Shown here: positions 35,759 through 46,134 of the stretch, piece by piece
Layout of the letters: every line of letters starts with the position of its first letter
How positions within the stretch are numbered: position 1 is the first letter of the stretch
DNA from: a virus
Lineage: Duplodnaviria > Caudoviricetes
Strand: one strand, 5' to 3'
DNA: 64,000 nt
IMG/VR virus record: IMGVR_UViG_3300011977_000415
Location: 32,001 to 96,000 of that record
Program-made: the position numbers and the translations under genes
The notes under the pieces: generated by a model
Databases searched by the model: none
The model's input: only the letters and a program-made list of their open reading frames with translations
What the model was told of the DNA's origin: nothing

Positions 35759-36819
35759 TGCACAAATTTGATTACCGTTGGACGTTGAAAGATGCCAACT
35801 TCACCAAAGACAAAGGAACGGTCTTTTCTTGCTTTTCTTGTGGGGGGGGGTCGTCAATGGGCTATAAATTAGCGGGTTACGATGTTATAGGTTGCAACGA
35901 GATTGACCACCGAATGATGTACACCTATTGTCAAAACAACAATCCAAAGTTCCCATTCCTTGAACCAATACAAACTTTCAAGGATAGAACGGATTTGCCG
36001 CCCGAATTGTTCAACCTTGACATCTTGGACGGTTCGCCCCCTTGTTCATCATTTTCGGTTGCCGGGAATCGTGAAGCTGATTGGGGAAAGATGAAACATT
36101 TTCGTGAGGGTCAGGCGGAACAAGTGTTGGATACGTTGTTTTTCGACTTCATCGAACTTGCAAAAAAGTTGCAACCGAAAGTTGTTGTGGCGGAAAATGT
36201 GAAAGGTTTGTTGCTTGGTGAAGCGAAAGACTATGTAAGGCGAATTTATGATGGTTTCGACGATGCCGGGTATTATTGCCAACATTGGTTGCTAAATGCT
36301 CAAAATATGGGTGTACCACAAAGGCGTGAACGCGTGTTCTTTGTATGCTTGCGAAAAGACCTTGCCGAACCATTCTTGGAACGAGTGTCATTGTTTGAAG
36401 AATTACCGAGATTGAAGATGGTGTTTAATGAAAGACCAATACTTTTCAAAGAATTTGCAGACTATAAAGGCACGGAGATAAAAGGTGGTAAATTACGCCA
36501 TTATTGGGAAAACAGGATTCCTGATGACGACGGTATGGGGGACACGACCAAAAGATTGTATGGTGTCGAAAAGTGCTTCAATCACCGATACGATAAAGAA
36601 GATATGGTTTGCCATACATTGACCGCCAAAGATGCGTGTTTTTGTTATAATCAACCGCGTAGGCATTCAGTCGGCGAAGTTTGTTGCATTTCATCGTTTC
36701 CACAAGATTACAACTTTGGCGGTCAATCACCACATTACGTTTGCGGAATGTCAGTTCCACCCGTTATGATGGCGCAACTGGCGAATCAAATTTGGGAACA
36801 ATGGTTGTCAAAAATTTAG
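35758..36819 (+). CDS. C5 DNA cytosine methyltransferase
   Basis: FSCGGG, GSPPC, AENVKG, PQRRERVFF, GMSVPP. Confidence 0.93.
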   Translation: MHKFDYRWTLKDANFTKDKGTVFSCFSCGGGSSMGYKLAGYDVIGCNEIDHRMMYTYCQNNNPKFPFLEPIQTFKDRTDLPPELFNLDILDGSPPCSSFSVAGNREADWGKMKHFREGQAEQVLDTLFFDFIELAKKLQPKVVVAENVKGLLLGEAKDYVRRIYDGFDDAGYYCQHWLLNAQNMGVPQRRERVFFVCLRKDLAEPFLERVSLFEELPRLKMVFNERPILFKEFADYKGTEIKGGKLRHYWENRIPDDDGMGDTTKRLYGVEKCFNHRYDKEDMVCHTLTAKDACFCYNQPRRHSVGEVCCISSFPQDYNFGGQSPHYVCGMSVPPVMMAQLANQIWEQWLSKI

Positions 36820-36848
36820 AAATAAATATAACATAAATTTTTCAAGAA

Positions 36849-37382
36849 ATGAATTTTAATGAATTAGCAGATAAAGCACATTCCAACGCCGTGAATCACG
36901 GATTTTGGGACGAAAAGTGGAGCAATGAACATTGCTTGATGCTTGTTATCACCGAAATTGGCGAAATGGTCGAAGCGCACCGCAAGGGACACCGTGCCGA
37001 TATTGATGCGTTCGTGAAGTATAATGAACGAATTGCGTTCGATGAAAACTTTGAAAGACACGTCAAAGATACCGTCGAAGATGAATTTGCAGACATTGCC
37101 ATTCGTCTTTTCGACCTTGCCGGGGCTTTGGGCGTGGATTTCGACAAGATGAATCCTTGCCGTTACCACCGAGCATTCGACAAGTTCGACTTTGCCGAAA
37201 ACGCATTTGCCTTGTCCAAGGGCTTGTGCCGGGATGGCATCGGAATTGAAAAGCGCATCCAATTCGGTTTGGATTTCGTTACCAAATGGGCGCAAGAACT
37301 GAATATCGAATTGGCGTTTTTCGTTGCGCAAAAGATGCGATACAACGTGATGCGCCCATACAGGAACGGCAAACAATATTGA
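36849..37382 (+). CDS. MazG-like nucleotide pyrophosphohydrolase
   Basis: LVITEIGEMVEA, EDEFADIAIRLFD, KMRYN..RPY. Confidence 0.75.
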   Translation: MNFNELADKAHSNAVNHGFWDEKWSNEHCLMLVITEIGEMVEAHRKGHRADIDAFVKYNERIAFDENFERHVKDTVEDEFADIAIRLFDLAGALGVDFDKMNPCRYHRAFDKFDFAENAFALSKGLCRDGIGIEKRIQFGLDFVTKWAQELNIELAFFVAQKMRYNVMRPYRNGKQY

Positions 37383-37386
37383 TGCC

Positions 37387-37566
37387 ATGCGTTTCATTGT
37401 GATAACCGAAAACCCCTTGACCGGGGAACGAACAACGGTTGAAACAAAGGATTATGAAGCCTTGCGCATCGACCGCGCCGAAATCGTTGCAATCGTGGAT
37501 AAGACCGCGCAACAAGTAACGTATGATGGCGAAACATGGAATGATTTTGAAAAAGTTTATTTTTAA
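37387..37566 (+). CDS. Small hypothetical protein (59 aa, not in the ORF track)
   Basis: MRFIVITENPLTGER...EKVYF* fills the intergenic gap. Confidence 0.6.
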   Translation: MRFIVITENPLTGERTTVETKDYEALRIDRAEIVAIVDKTAQQVTYDGETWNDFEKVYF

Positions 37567-37585
37567 CCCTTAAAATTAAATTGTT

Positions 37586-37972
37586 ATGTTACAAATTGAA
37601 GTTATCGGAAACATCGGCAATGATGCCGAAATTAAGGATTTCAGCGGCAAAAAGTATGTTGCTTTCAATGTCGCACATTCGGAACGCCGCAAGGATGCCA
37701 ATGGCACAACGGTTGAATCAACAACGTGGGTGTCCGTGCTTTGGTACGGCGATGGCGGCGGTTTAACGCCACACCTTAAACGTGGTGCGAAAGTGTTTGT
37801 CCGCGGTCGCATGGCGTTGAAACAATACCAAGACAAAAACGGGCATTGGCAAACCGCCGTGAACTGCAATGCAAGTGAAATCCAACTTTGCGACATCAAG
37901 GGCAACGGAAATGGCAATGCAGCAGCCGCGCCCGCCGCGCAACCCGAAAACGCCGATGGTATGCCGTTCTAA
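37586..37972 (+). CDS. ssb: Phage single-stranded DNA-binding protein
   Basis: IGNIGNDAE, LKRGAKVFVRG, ends DGMPF. Confidence 0.9.
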   Translation: MLQIEVIGNIGNDAEIKDFSGKKYVAFNVAHSERRKDANGTTVESTTWVSVLWYGDGGGLTPHLKRGAKVFVRGRMALKQYQDKNGHWQTAVNCNASEIQLCDIKGNGNGNAAAAPAAQPENADGMPF

Positions 37973-38461
37973 ATGAAGCACGACAACATCATTGCCATTG
38001 ACCCGGACAAGGAAAAGTCCGGGGTGGCTTTTTTGAAGCGAAGCACGCGGCAATTGGAATTGACCAATCTTGCGTTCCCGTTGTTGCTTGATTACTTGCA
38101 GCACGCCAAGAAAAAGGGCGAGGAAACGCACGAATCGTTGATTGTCGTTGTTGAAGCCGGATGGATGAACGCCAAATCATGCTTTCACGCCGCCCAAGGC
38201 AAACAGGCGGAAAAGATTGCAAAGGATGTCGGCGCGAACCACGAAACCGGGCGCAAAATCATTGAAATGTGCGAGCATTACGGCATCGAAGTAACGCCGC
38301 ACGCGCCTTTGGTGAAGTGTTGGAAAGGCAAAGACCGGAAGATTACACACGATGAATTGGCATCGTTCACGGGCATCATGGGGCGCACCAACCAAGATGC
38401 AAGGGATGCCGGATTGTTGGCGTGGACATTTGCCGGATTGCCCATCCGCATAAAACCATAG
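37973..38461 (+). CDS. RuvC-like Holliday junction resolvase
   Basis: IIAIDPD..SGVA, VVVEAG, NQDARDA. Confidence 0.7.
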   Translation: MKHDNIIAIDPDKEKSGVAFLKRSTRQLELTNLAFPLLLDYLQHAKKKGEETHESLIVVVEAGWMNAKSCFHAAQGKQAEKIAKDVGANHETGRKIIEMCEHYGIEVTPHAPLVKCWKGKDRKITHDELASFTGIMGRTNQDARDAGLLAWTFAGLPIRIKP

Positions 38462-38528
38462 GTGGATAACTTTGGGATAACTTATCGGGCAAAAGGGGTG
38501 TATTATAGTGATACACCCCTTAACTTTG
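38461..38528 (+). promoter_or_regulatory. Candidate late promoter 1 (packaging operon)
   Basis: GGTGGATAA/TGGGATAA tandem, 19-bp palindrome 38498-38516, TAACTTTG 38521-38528. Confidence 0.65.
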
Positions 38529-38560
38529 CATTGCAATTGCATAATTAAATAAGAAATCGT

Positions 38561-39142
38561 ATGAAACCAATTGATTTTGAGCAATCCACAAAGGTATTGC
38601 AGAAACCCGGCACGTTGTCGGATTCACAATGTGGTGCGTTGCCCGTGTGGTGCGATGGCAAACAATGCGTTTCGTGTTGGAAACCATCAATCAAGGAACG
38701 CATCAACATATTGTTCGGCGGGAATGTGTGGTTGGGCGTTTTGTCCGGCAAAACACAACCGCCCGTATTTGTCGCCGGGGAAAGAGTATTTGAAAGAACG
38801 CCGTTTTTTGCCCGTTTTAGGGCGTTTTGGGTTGAAGTGGGTGAAGTTATCGCGGAAGTGTGGAAAAGCGTTGCAGAAGCCGCCAAAATGCCCGACAAGC
38901 GCAAGCATTTGTATGTCGGCATTGTGATTGGCTTGGTGTTCGGGTGTCTTTTCGGCGTTTCAATAGGTTTTGCCGCCGGATGTCTTGCCGGGGCAATAAA
39001 GGAATGGTGGGATTCCAAAGGACACGGCACGGTTGAAATCATGGATTTCATTTTCACCGCCATTGGGGCGTTGTGCGGCGCGTGCCTTTCCATCCCGGCA
39101 ATTATGTTGTATCACTTAATCATTGAATTATGGCAAAGGTAA
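38561..39142 (+). CDS. Hypothetical protein with C-terminal YfiM-like membrane domain
   Basis: DKRKH..G..AGAIKEWWD..D..T. Confidence 0.6.
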   Translation: MKPIDFEQSTKVLQKPGTLSDSQCGALPVWCDGKQCVSCWKPSIKERINILFGGNVWLGVLSGKTQPPVFVAGERVFERTPFFARFRAFWVEVGEVIAEVWKSVAEAAKMPDKRKHLYVGIVIGLVFGCLFGVSIGFAAGCLAGAIKEWWDSKGHGTVEIMDFIFTAIGALCGACLSIPAIMLYHLIIELWQR

Positions 39143-39675
39143 TTGAAACAAATATTGAATCCCTTGTGCCGGACAACAAGAATTTCAACAAGGGAACGGA
39201 ATACGGCGACCATCTTATTGATGAATCGTTGCGCCGTTTTGGCTTGGGGCGTTCCATCCTAATTGACAAAAACAACCGCATCATTGCCGGAAACAAGACC
39301 GCCGAAAAAGCCGCCGACATTGGCTTTACCGATGTTTTGGTGGTTGAAGTGGACGGAAACCAACTTGTCGCCGTGAAGCGCAAGGATATTGACCTTGATT
39401 CAGCCAAAGGGCGTGAATTTGCACTTGCTGACAACGCAACGGGCAAAGCGAACCTTTGCTTTGACACCGACTTGATAATGCAAGAAGCCGAGAAATTCGA
39501 CTTTGACCCCGAAGATTGGGGCGTTCCAATGGAGCAACCCGAAGAAGAACAACAAGAAGATGGCAAAAAGGAAATATCCACCAAACTGATTGTTGAGTGT
39601 GGCGATGTTTCCAAGTTATCATTGTTATTCAGCGAGTTACAAGACAGGGGTTTTAAGTGCGAGTTGAAAGAATAA
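39130..39675 (+). CDS. ParB-like N-terminal domain protein of the packaging module
   Basis: SLRRFGLGRSILIDKNNRIIAGN, ALADN. Confidence 0.7.
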   Translation: MAKVIETNIESLVPDNKNFNKGTEYGDHLIDESLRRFGLGRSILIDKNNRIIAGNKTAEKAADIGFTDVLVVEVDGNQLVAVKRKDIDLDSAKGREFALADNATGKANLCFDTDLIMQEAEKFDFDPEDWGVPMEQPEEEQQEDGKKEISTKLIVECGDVSKLSLLFSELQDRGFKCELKE

Positions 39676-39717
39676 GTGATAATTGTAACAAAATCAACCT
39701 AAAAAAGAGTTTTGACA

Positions 39718-40224
39718 ATGGCAAAGTTCAGTAAAAAAACGGTGGAAAGGATTGTTGGGCTTATCAAGTCCGACACATACACCATTGCCGAAATTTGCCG
39801 CCAAGTGGGAATAACACCGAAAACATACCATCAATGGGTGAACGATTACCCCGACTTTGCCGATGCTATCGAGCAAGCCAAGGACGAAAGAATGCAAGCG
39901 ATGGTGATTGAAGCGAAAAAATCCTTGATGAAAAAGATTCAAGGTTACGATGTAACGGAAACCAAGGTTGTAACCGTTCCCGGCACGAAAAAGGACGAAA
40001 AGGGCAATCCTAAACCCATAATCAAGGAGCAAACGACCACCAAGAAACACATCCAAGCAGATACGGCGGCAATCATCTTTACACTTACCAATGGCGACCC
40101 CGAACATTGGAGAAACAGGCAAACAACGGAAGTAACGGGGAAAGATGGCAAGGATTTGTTTGCATCAAAGACCGATGAAGAACTTACCGCGGAAATAGAA
40201 GAATTGCAACGAAAATTGGAATGA
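39718..40224 (+). CDS. terS: Terminase small subunit
   Basis: HTH (TIAEICRQVGITPKTYHQW), DTAAIIFTLTN..PEHW; upstream of TerL. Confidence 0.75.
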   Translation: MAKFSKKTVERIVGLIKSDTYTIAEICRQVGITPKTYHQWVNDYPDFADAIEQAKDERMQAMVIEAKKSLMKKIQGYDVTETKVVTVPGTKKDEKGNPKPIIKEQTTTKKHIQADTAAIIFTLTNGDPEHWRNRQTTEVTGKDGKDLFASKTDEELTAEIEELQRKLE

Positions 40225-41696
40225 TGGCAAACAGGGCGGAACAAATAAGGCTTATCAAGGCAATGCAAGAACGGCTTAATCGCGAAAGTCGTTCCGATTT
40301 GTTGCGCTTTACCCTTGCCACCATGCCGACATTCCGCCCGGCTGATTTCCACCGCCGTTATTACCAATGCTTGACCAAGTTTGCCACGGGCGAAATAAAG
40401 AAACTGATGGTGTTCATGCCGCCCCAACACGGCAAATCCGAGGGTTCAACACGCCGTTTGCCCGCGTTCCTTTTGGGGCAAGACCCGGAAAAGCGATTGG
40501 CGATTGTTTCATACAATGCGCCCAAGGCGCGCAAGTTTAACCGCGAAATCCAACGTATCATTGACACGCCCGAATATCATGCCATTTTCCCCGGAACGTG
40601 CTTGAACGCATCCAATGTAACAACCATCGCGGGTTCATGGTTGCGCAATGCCGATGAATGCGAAATCGTTGGGCATCGCGGCGGATTCAAGACCGTTGGT
40701 GTGGGCGGTGCATTGACGGGTGAACCCGTGGACATCCTTATCATGGATGATATTTACAAGGATGCGAAAACGGCATGGTCGCCCATCGTGCGTGAAAGCG
40801 TTTCCGATTGGTACGATACAGTTGCCGAAACACGTTTGCACAACGATTCCCAACAATTGATTGTGTTCACCCGTTGGCATGAAGATGATTTGGCGGGTTC
40901 ATTATTGCGCCAACAAGGCGTTTATGATGCCGAAAGCAACCCAAATGGATGGGTTGTTGTGGTGTATCAAGCCATCAAAGAGGGTGCGCCGACCAAGTAC
41001 GACCCACGCCAAGAGGGTGAACCATTGTGGGCGGAACGGCATAACCTTGAAAAGTTGCAAGCAATCCGAAGCAGAAATCCACAAGTGTTTGAATCGCTTT
41101 ACCAACAAGACCCGCAACCCCGTGCGGGCTTGATGTATGAAGCCGGATTCGTAGAATACCTTATCCGCCCGGCAACGGCATACGTCAAACGCCGTTGTTA
41201 TGTGGACACCGCCGACACGGGCGCGGACTACCTTTGCGGCATTGTTTACGATGAAACGGATGTGGGCAATTACATCGTTGATGTGCTTTACACCACGCGC
41301 CCGGTGGAATATACACAAACCGCCCTTGCCAAAATGCTTTGCAAACATGGCGTGGCGGATTGCATCGTGGAAGCGAACAACGGCGGACGCATATTCAAGA
41401 ACAACGTGGAACGGGAATGCCGATTGATGGGCAACGGAAAAACCAAGTTCACGGCGTTCCACCAAACCGAAAACAAGGAAACGCGCATTTACGCCAATTC
41501 GGCGATGGTGCAAAACCTTACATTCATGCCCCAAGGATGGAAATACCTTTTCCCGGATTTCGCCAAGGCGATATGTGGCTATCTTAAAGCCGGGCAGAAT
41601 GAACACGATGATGCCCCGGACGCATTGACCGGGACGATTGAAAAGCGCAAGGGCGGCAAGCGCACGAATGTTGCCGCGTTATTTGGTCAAATTTAA
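40221..41696 (+). CDS. terL: Terminase large subunit
   Basis: MPPQHGKS, IMDD, TRWHEDD, YQQDP, HDDAPDA. Confidence 0.93.
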   Translation: MMANRAEQIRLIKAMQERLNRESRSDLLRFTLATMPTFRPADFHRRYYQCLTKFATGEIKKLMVFMPPQHGKSEGSTRRLPAFLLGQDPEKRLAIVSYNAPKARKFNREIQRIIDTPEYHAIFPGTCLNASNVTTIAGSWLRNADECEIVGHRGGFKTVGVGGALTGEPVDILIMDDIYKDAKTAWSPIVRESVSDWYDTVAETRLHNDSQQLIVFTRWHEDDLAGSLLRQQGVYDAESNPNGWVVVVYQAIKEGAPTKYDPRQEGEPLWAERHNLEKLQAIRSRNPQVFESLYQQDPQPRAGLMYEAGFVEYLIRPATAYVKRRCYVDTADTGADYLCGIVYDETDVGNYIVDVLYTTRPVEYTQTALAKMLCKHGVADCIVEANNGGRIFKNNVERECRLMGNGKTKFTAFHQTENKETRIYANSAMVQNLTFMPQGWKYLFPDFAKAICGYLKAGQNEHDDAPDALTGTIEKRKGGKRTNVAALFGQI

Positions 41697-41707
41697 TTCA
41701 CAACGAT

Positions 41708-43168
41708 ATGACAATAGAAGAAATTTTCAAGTTAGCAACGGCAAATGATGTGATTTCCGAATTGAAATCATGCCGATTCATTCCGCAACCGGATGTGGAA
41801 GCCGCCAACAAGGCGTTGAACATCCGATTGCACAACATCAACAACCCGGTGATTCGCCCGGATAAGCGCGTTCAAGTAAGCAGCGACCAAGAAGCGGATT
41901 CGGCGCAAAAGGTGATTTCCACCGATGGTGAAAGCACCAATTTCAAGATGGTGAAAGTTGCCCGTGTTGCGGTCGCCATCCAAAAACTTATCATCAAACG
42001 CGCCGTTTCGTTTTGCTTTGGCAATAAGCCATTGTACAACTCAACGCCCGAAAACGAACAGGAAAAGGCGGTGGCGTTCGCCCTTGAACGCATCATGCAC
42101 GATGTTAAGTGCAAATCGTTGAACCGCAAGATTGGGCGTTCAATATTCGGTTACAAGGAATGTGCCGAATATTGGTATCCGGTTGAAAAGAAACATGGCA
42201 AATATGGTTTCCCATCGCAATACAAGATGCGTTGCACCATCTTTTCCCCGGCGTTGGGTGATACCCTTTATCCGTATTTTGACGAAACCGGGGATATGGT
42301 TGCGTTTTCACGTTCCTTTTCCCGAAACATCAAAGGCGTTGCCACCAACTACTTTGAAACATTCACCGACACCGAACATTGGCTTTGGGTGAACGGTGCA
42401 AATGGCTTTGATGTGGTTGAGGGTTATCCCAAGGCAAATGCCATCGGCAAAATCCCGGTGATTTACGGACATCAACCCGAATTTGAAACCGAGGATGTGA
42501 ACGCCTTGATTGACCGATTGGAAGAATTGCTTTCCAACTTTGCAGACACCAACGATTACCACGCAAGCCCGAAGATATTCACCACCGGGCAAATCAACGG
42601 ATGGGCGCAAAAGGGCGAATCCGGCGCGGTTATTGAGGGCGAAGATGGCGCAACGATGCAATATGTGTCATGGCAGCAAGCCCCGGAAGCGGTCAAGTTG
42701 GAAATCGAAACGTTGCTGAAACTTATTTACACCATCACGCAAACGCCGGACATTTCCTTTGATGCGGTCAAGGGATTGGGCGCGATTTCGGGTGTGGCGT
42801 TGAAGTTGCTTTTCATGGATGCGCATTTGAAAGTGCAAGACAAGTGCGAAATATTCGATGATTACTTGCAACGCCGCGTGAACGTGCTTTTGGCATATAT
42901 CGCCCAAATGAACACATCATTGGCGGATGCTTGCGAAACCATCATGGTTGAACCCGAAATCGTGCCTTACATCATCACATCGGACATGGACGATTTGAAT
43001 TATTGGATGACTGCAAACGGCAACAAACCCGTTGTTTCGCAAGAAGAATCCATCGTGGGCGCGGGCTTATCCAAGAACCCGGAAGAAACCATGCGCAAGT
43101 TGGATGAACAGGCAACGCGCGACAATTCGTTTATGATTGGTGAACCACAATTGGAGGGCGATGCGTAG
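41708..43168 (+). CDS. Portal protein (SPP1 gp6-like)
   Basis: Follows TerL; GKIPVIY, TPDISF, SGVALK. Confidence 0.88.
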   Translation: MTIEEIFKLATANDVISELKSCRFIPQPDVEAANKALNIRLHNINNPVIRPDKRVQVSSDQEADSAQKVISTDGESTNFKMVKVARVAVAIQKLIIKRAVSFCFGNKPLYNSTPENEQEKAVAFALERIMHDVKCKSLNRKIGRSIFGYKECAEYWYPVEKKHGKYGFPSQYKMRCTIFSPALGDTLYPYFDETGDMVAFSRSFSRNIKGVATNYFETFTDTEHWLWVNGANGFDVVEGYPKANAIGKIPVIYGHQPEFETEDVNALIDRLEELLSNFADTNDYHASPKIFTTGQINGWAQKGESGAVIEGEDGATMQYVSWQQAPEAVKLEIETLLKLIYTITQTPDISFDAVKGLGAISGVALKLLFMDAHLKVQDKCEIFDDYLQRRVNVLLAYIAQMNTSLADACETIMVEPEIVPYIITSDMDDLNYWMTANGNKPVVSQEESIVGAGLSKNPEETMRKLDEQATRDNSFMIGEPQLEGDA

Positions 43169-43433
43169 ATTGATTTTTGCAATATTGATGGGCGTGTTGC
43201 TTGCAAGTTGTGAGCAACGCCCCGCCCGTGGTTATGTCGTTGGCAAGGAATATAAGGCGGCGCACAATGTCGTTTATCGCGATGAAGCGACCAAAACATT
43301 GCGCACACGCCGCGTTCCCGACCAATGGTTTGTGTGGGTCGCGGATTCAACCAATGTGCGGTCGTACAACGTAGATAGTGCGACATTTAACAACATCCGG
43401 CATGGCGATTTTATCCGGCTAAAATGCAAATGA
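43161..43433 (+). CDS. Small lipoprotein
   Basis: MRRLIFAILMGVLLASC lipobox. Confidence 0.65.
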   Translation: MRRLIFAILMGVLLASCEQRPARGYVVGKEYKAAHNVVYRDEATKTLRTRRVPDQWFVWVADSTNVRSYNVDSATFNNIRHGDFIRLKCK

Positions 43434-43434
43434 T

Positions 43435-43641
43435 ATGGCAAAGAAGAAAACAACAGTTATCGAAAAACCACAATTCCAATGCCGGGATTGCGCGCATTCA
43501 TACGATTGGCATTCCAAGGCGATTGACGGACACGATATTTTGTGCCGATGCAAGTTTGATGCAAAGACCGAACACGGCAAATGGTGCAAGTTTCTCCACG
43601 ACCCGCAATGTGAACATTTCAAACGCCGTAACAATGAGTAA
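43435..43641 (+). CDS. Small Cys-rich protein
   Basis: CRDCAH..C..C..CEHF. Confidence 0.6.
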   Translation: MAKKKTTVIEKPQFQCRDCAHSYDWHSKAIDGHDILCRCKFDAKTEHGKWCKFLHDPQCEHFKRRNNE

Positions 43642-43771
43642 AACGAACCTTTGCGACAACTGCAAACATTGGACACGCGCTTTCGATGGCTTTTATTGTT
43701 GCGTGTGCGCCAAATGCCATCCCGGCAATGATGGTTATTGGCGGTGTCGCTATTATCAACCAAAGAAGTAA
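43634..43771 (+). CDS. Small Cys-rich protein (45 aa)
   Basis: MSKTNLCDNCKHW...CRYYQPKK*; overlaps neighbouring start/stop codons. Confidence 0.5.
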   Translation: MSKTNLCDNCKHWTRAFDGFYCCVCAKCHPGNDGYWRCRYYQPKK

Positions 43772-46134
43772 TGGCAAAGCGTCAAAAGGTACAACGATTC
43801 AGCATACAAGGATGGGACATGCGGCATTACCGGGAAACCGAAGCGTATGCCCAAGCCGTGCAATCACTTTACGACAAGGCGACATTGGCAATCCCCCGTG
43901 CCGCCGCCCGTGGCAAGATTGACCCGGACACGCCGTTTTCGTTTGACATGTACCCAAGTGTTCAAAAGGAGATGCAGCGCATCACCGAACAATTGGCGGA
44001 ACGTGTAACGGTGGTTATCGAAACCGGGTCAAAGAAACAATGGTTGTTCGCGTGCGACAAGAACGATGCGTTCATTTCGTCCATCATGGACACATCCAAG
44101 GTGAGCAAGGCACGATTGAAAAAGATGCAAGACCGCAACTTGGATGCCCTTGCAGCGTTCCAAGGTCGCAAGGTGGATGGCATGAACCTTTCGCAACGTG
44201 TGTGGAAATACGTTGGACAATTCAAAGACCAATTGGAAAACGCCCTTGATGTTGGATTGGGCGAGGGACGAAGCGCGGATGAACTTTCAAGAGATGTGCG
44301 CCAAAATCTAAACGACCCAAACCGCCTTTTCCGGCGCGTCCGGGATAAGCGGGGCAACCTTGTATTGTCCAAACGTGCGGCGGCGTTCCATCCGGGACGT
44401 GGTGTTTATCGTTCATCGTACAAGAACGCGATGCGCCTTACCCGGTCGGAAATCAATATGGCATACCGGGAAAGCGATTGGCAGCGGTGGCAATCGTTGG
44501 ATTTTGTCGTGGGGTTTGAAATACACCGAAGCAATCATGAGCCGTTGTGCAAGTGCGACACATGCGCAAAGTTGGTTGGACGTTACCCCAAGACATTCAA
44601 GTTCAAAGGGTGGCACCCGCAATGTATGTGTTACGCAACGCCTATTTTGATGGACGAAGAAACCTTTGATGAAAACGAGTTGGGCGACCTCAAAGCGGCA
44701 TTGCGCGGAACACAATACAAGCCATTGCAAGCAAAGAATGTTGTTACCGATGTGCCGGACGAGTTCAAAAAGTGGGTGAAAGACCATATCGAAGCGCAAA
44801 AGAATTGGGGTTCGACCCCCTATTTCATCAAAGACAACTTCAAAGATGGCAAGTTGTCCGAGGGCTTGAAGATTACATTGCCAACGGTTCAGGTTCAAAC
44901 CGATGTTCTTGCACCTTACCGGGCGCAAATCGAGCAAGCAAGACAACAGGCGACCAAGTGGGGATTGTCCGTGCAACTTACGATGTTGGACAAGTATGTT
45001 GCCGACAAGGATATTGCAAGCATACAAAGCCGAATCGCCACCATTCAATCCAAAGCGGCACAAATGGAACAAGCCGATGCGGATATTCGCCGCAAATGTG
45101 CCGAATGGGGCTTGTCCACATACATTCTTGACGAAGCAATGCGCAATCCTGATTCAAAGAATATCTTGGCGAAAATGTCGGAGTTGGAAGATAGGTGCAT
45201 AAATGCCGAAAGAGAACGAAAGGCGTTTATTTCCGATGCCAACGATGCAGTCAAGGAAGCAAGAAAATTGGGAATTGATGTTTCGGAAATGCTCAATTGG
45301 ATTTCCATTGTATCGGATAAGCGAGAATGGACAATGAGCAAGACAAGAGCAAACGAGGTGTTGGAAAGTTTGAAAAGTGCGATTGGTTCTTTGAAAACAA
45401 AAGGCAATGACCCAATGGACGAATGGGCAAAACGCACCCAAGCCGCCGGAACAATCAACAAAAGCGCAAATGATGTCGATATTGAAAAGAGTTTCGGAAT
45501 ACAAAAGGGTGTTGATATGACCTTTGATGAAGCAAACGAGTTGCGAGGAAACCCGAATTTTGAACCTCAATACATACCCGACCCCAACGGCATATATATA
45601 CGCCGAAGCGACGGACAAAGGTTGAGCAAAAACCCGAAATACAAAAAGAAATTTACGGTTAATTGTCAATCTTGTGTTGTTGCTCACGAATTACGCCGCC
45701 GAGGTTTTGACGTACAAGCACAGGGAAACACAAAAGGTTCAACCCCCGAAATCCTTTCGTATCATACCGAACTTGCTTGGTTGGACGCAAACGGGAATGC
45801 CCCAACATCAAGGGTTGCAAGGTCGCAATCGTGGGATTTGAAAGAGGAATTGACGCAATTCTATGATTTGACAAAAGATGTCGGACGTTATCACCTTAAA
45901 TGGAGCTGGGACAGGTCAAGAAGTGGTCATATTATCACGTGTGAACGTCTTTCCGATGGCACATTACGCATTTACGACCCGCAGAATGGCGAATTTATCA
46001 CCGACTTTGAAGCATACGCCAAAGGATTCAAAAGGGCGCGTGGTATTGAGGTTTTAAGGGTTGATAATTTGCGGTTCAACGTGCTTTATTCGGGTGCATT
46101 GAAAGGCAACAAGGCAAGAAAAAAGGGGAAATAA
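43771..46134 (+). CDS. MuF-like minor head protein with C-terminal papain-like (Tox-PL) domain
   Basis: RLTRSEINMAY, CDTC..GRYPK, WHPQCMC; C-term NCQSCV..ELRRRG, GHI, YDPQ. Confidence 0.8.
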   Translation: MAKRQKVQRFSIQGWDMRHYRETEAYAQAVQSLYDKATLAIPRAAARGKIDPDTPFSFDMYPSVQKEMQRITEQLAERVTVVIETGSKKQWLFACDKNDAFISSIMDTSKVSKARLKKMQDRNLDALAAFQGRKVDGMNLSQRVWKYVGQFKDQLENALDVGLGEGRSADELSRDVRQNLNDPNRLFRRVRDKRGNLVLSKRAAAFHPGRGVYRSSYKNAMRLTRSEINMAYRESDWQRWQSLDFVVGFEIHRSNHEPLCKCDTCAKLVGRYPKTFKFKGWHPQCMCYATPILMDEETFDENELGDLKAALRGTQYKPLQAKNVVTDVPDEFKKWVKDHIEAQKNWGSTPYFIKDNFKDGKLSEGLKITLPTVQVQTDVLAPYRAQIEQARQQATKWGLSVQLTMLDKYVADKDIASIQSRIATIQSKAAQMEQADADIRRKCAEWGLSTYILDEAMRNPDSKNILAKMSELEDRCINAERERKAFISDANDAVKEARKLGIDVSEMLNWISIVSDKREWTMSKTRANEVLESLKSAIGSLKTKGNDPMDEWAKRTQAAGTINKSANDVDIEKSFGIQKGVDMTFDEANELRGNPNFEPQYIPDPNGIYIRRSDGQRLSKNPKYKKKFTVNCQSCVVAHELRRRGFDVQAQGNTKGSTPEILSYHTELAWLDANGNAPTSRVARSQSWDLKEELTQFYDLTKDVGRYHLKWSWDRSRSGHIITCERLSDGTLRIYDPQNGEFITDFEAYAKGFKRARGIEVLRVDNLRFNVLYSGALKGNKARKKGK

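Noticed and set aside
38498-38516. TTATAGTGA/TCACTATAA as an invertible promoter or T7-like promoter
   Set aside because: Core of 9 bp excludes the -7 box; no invertase or phage RNAP seen; better read as a pseudo-palindromic operator
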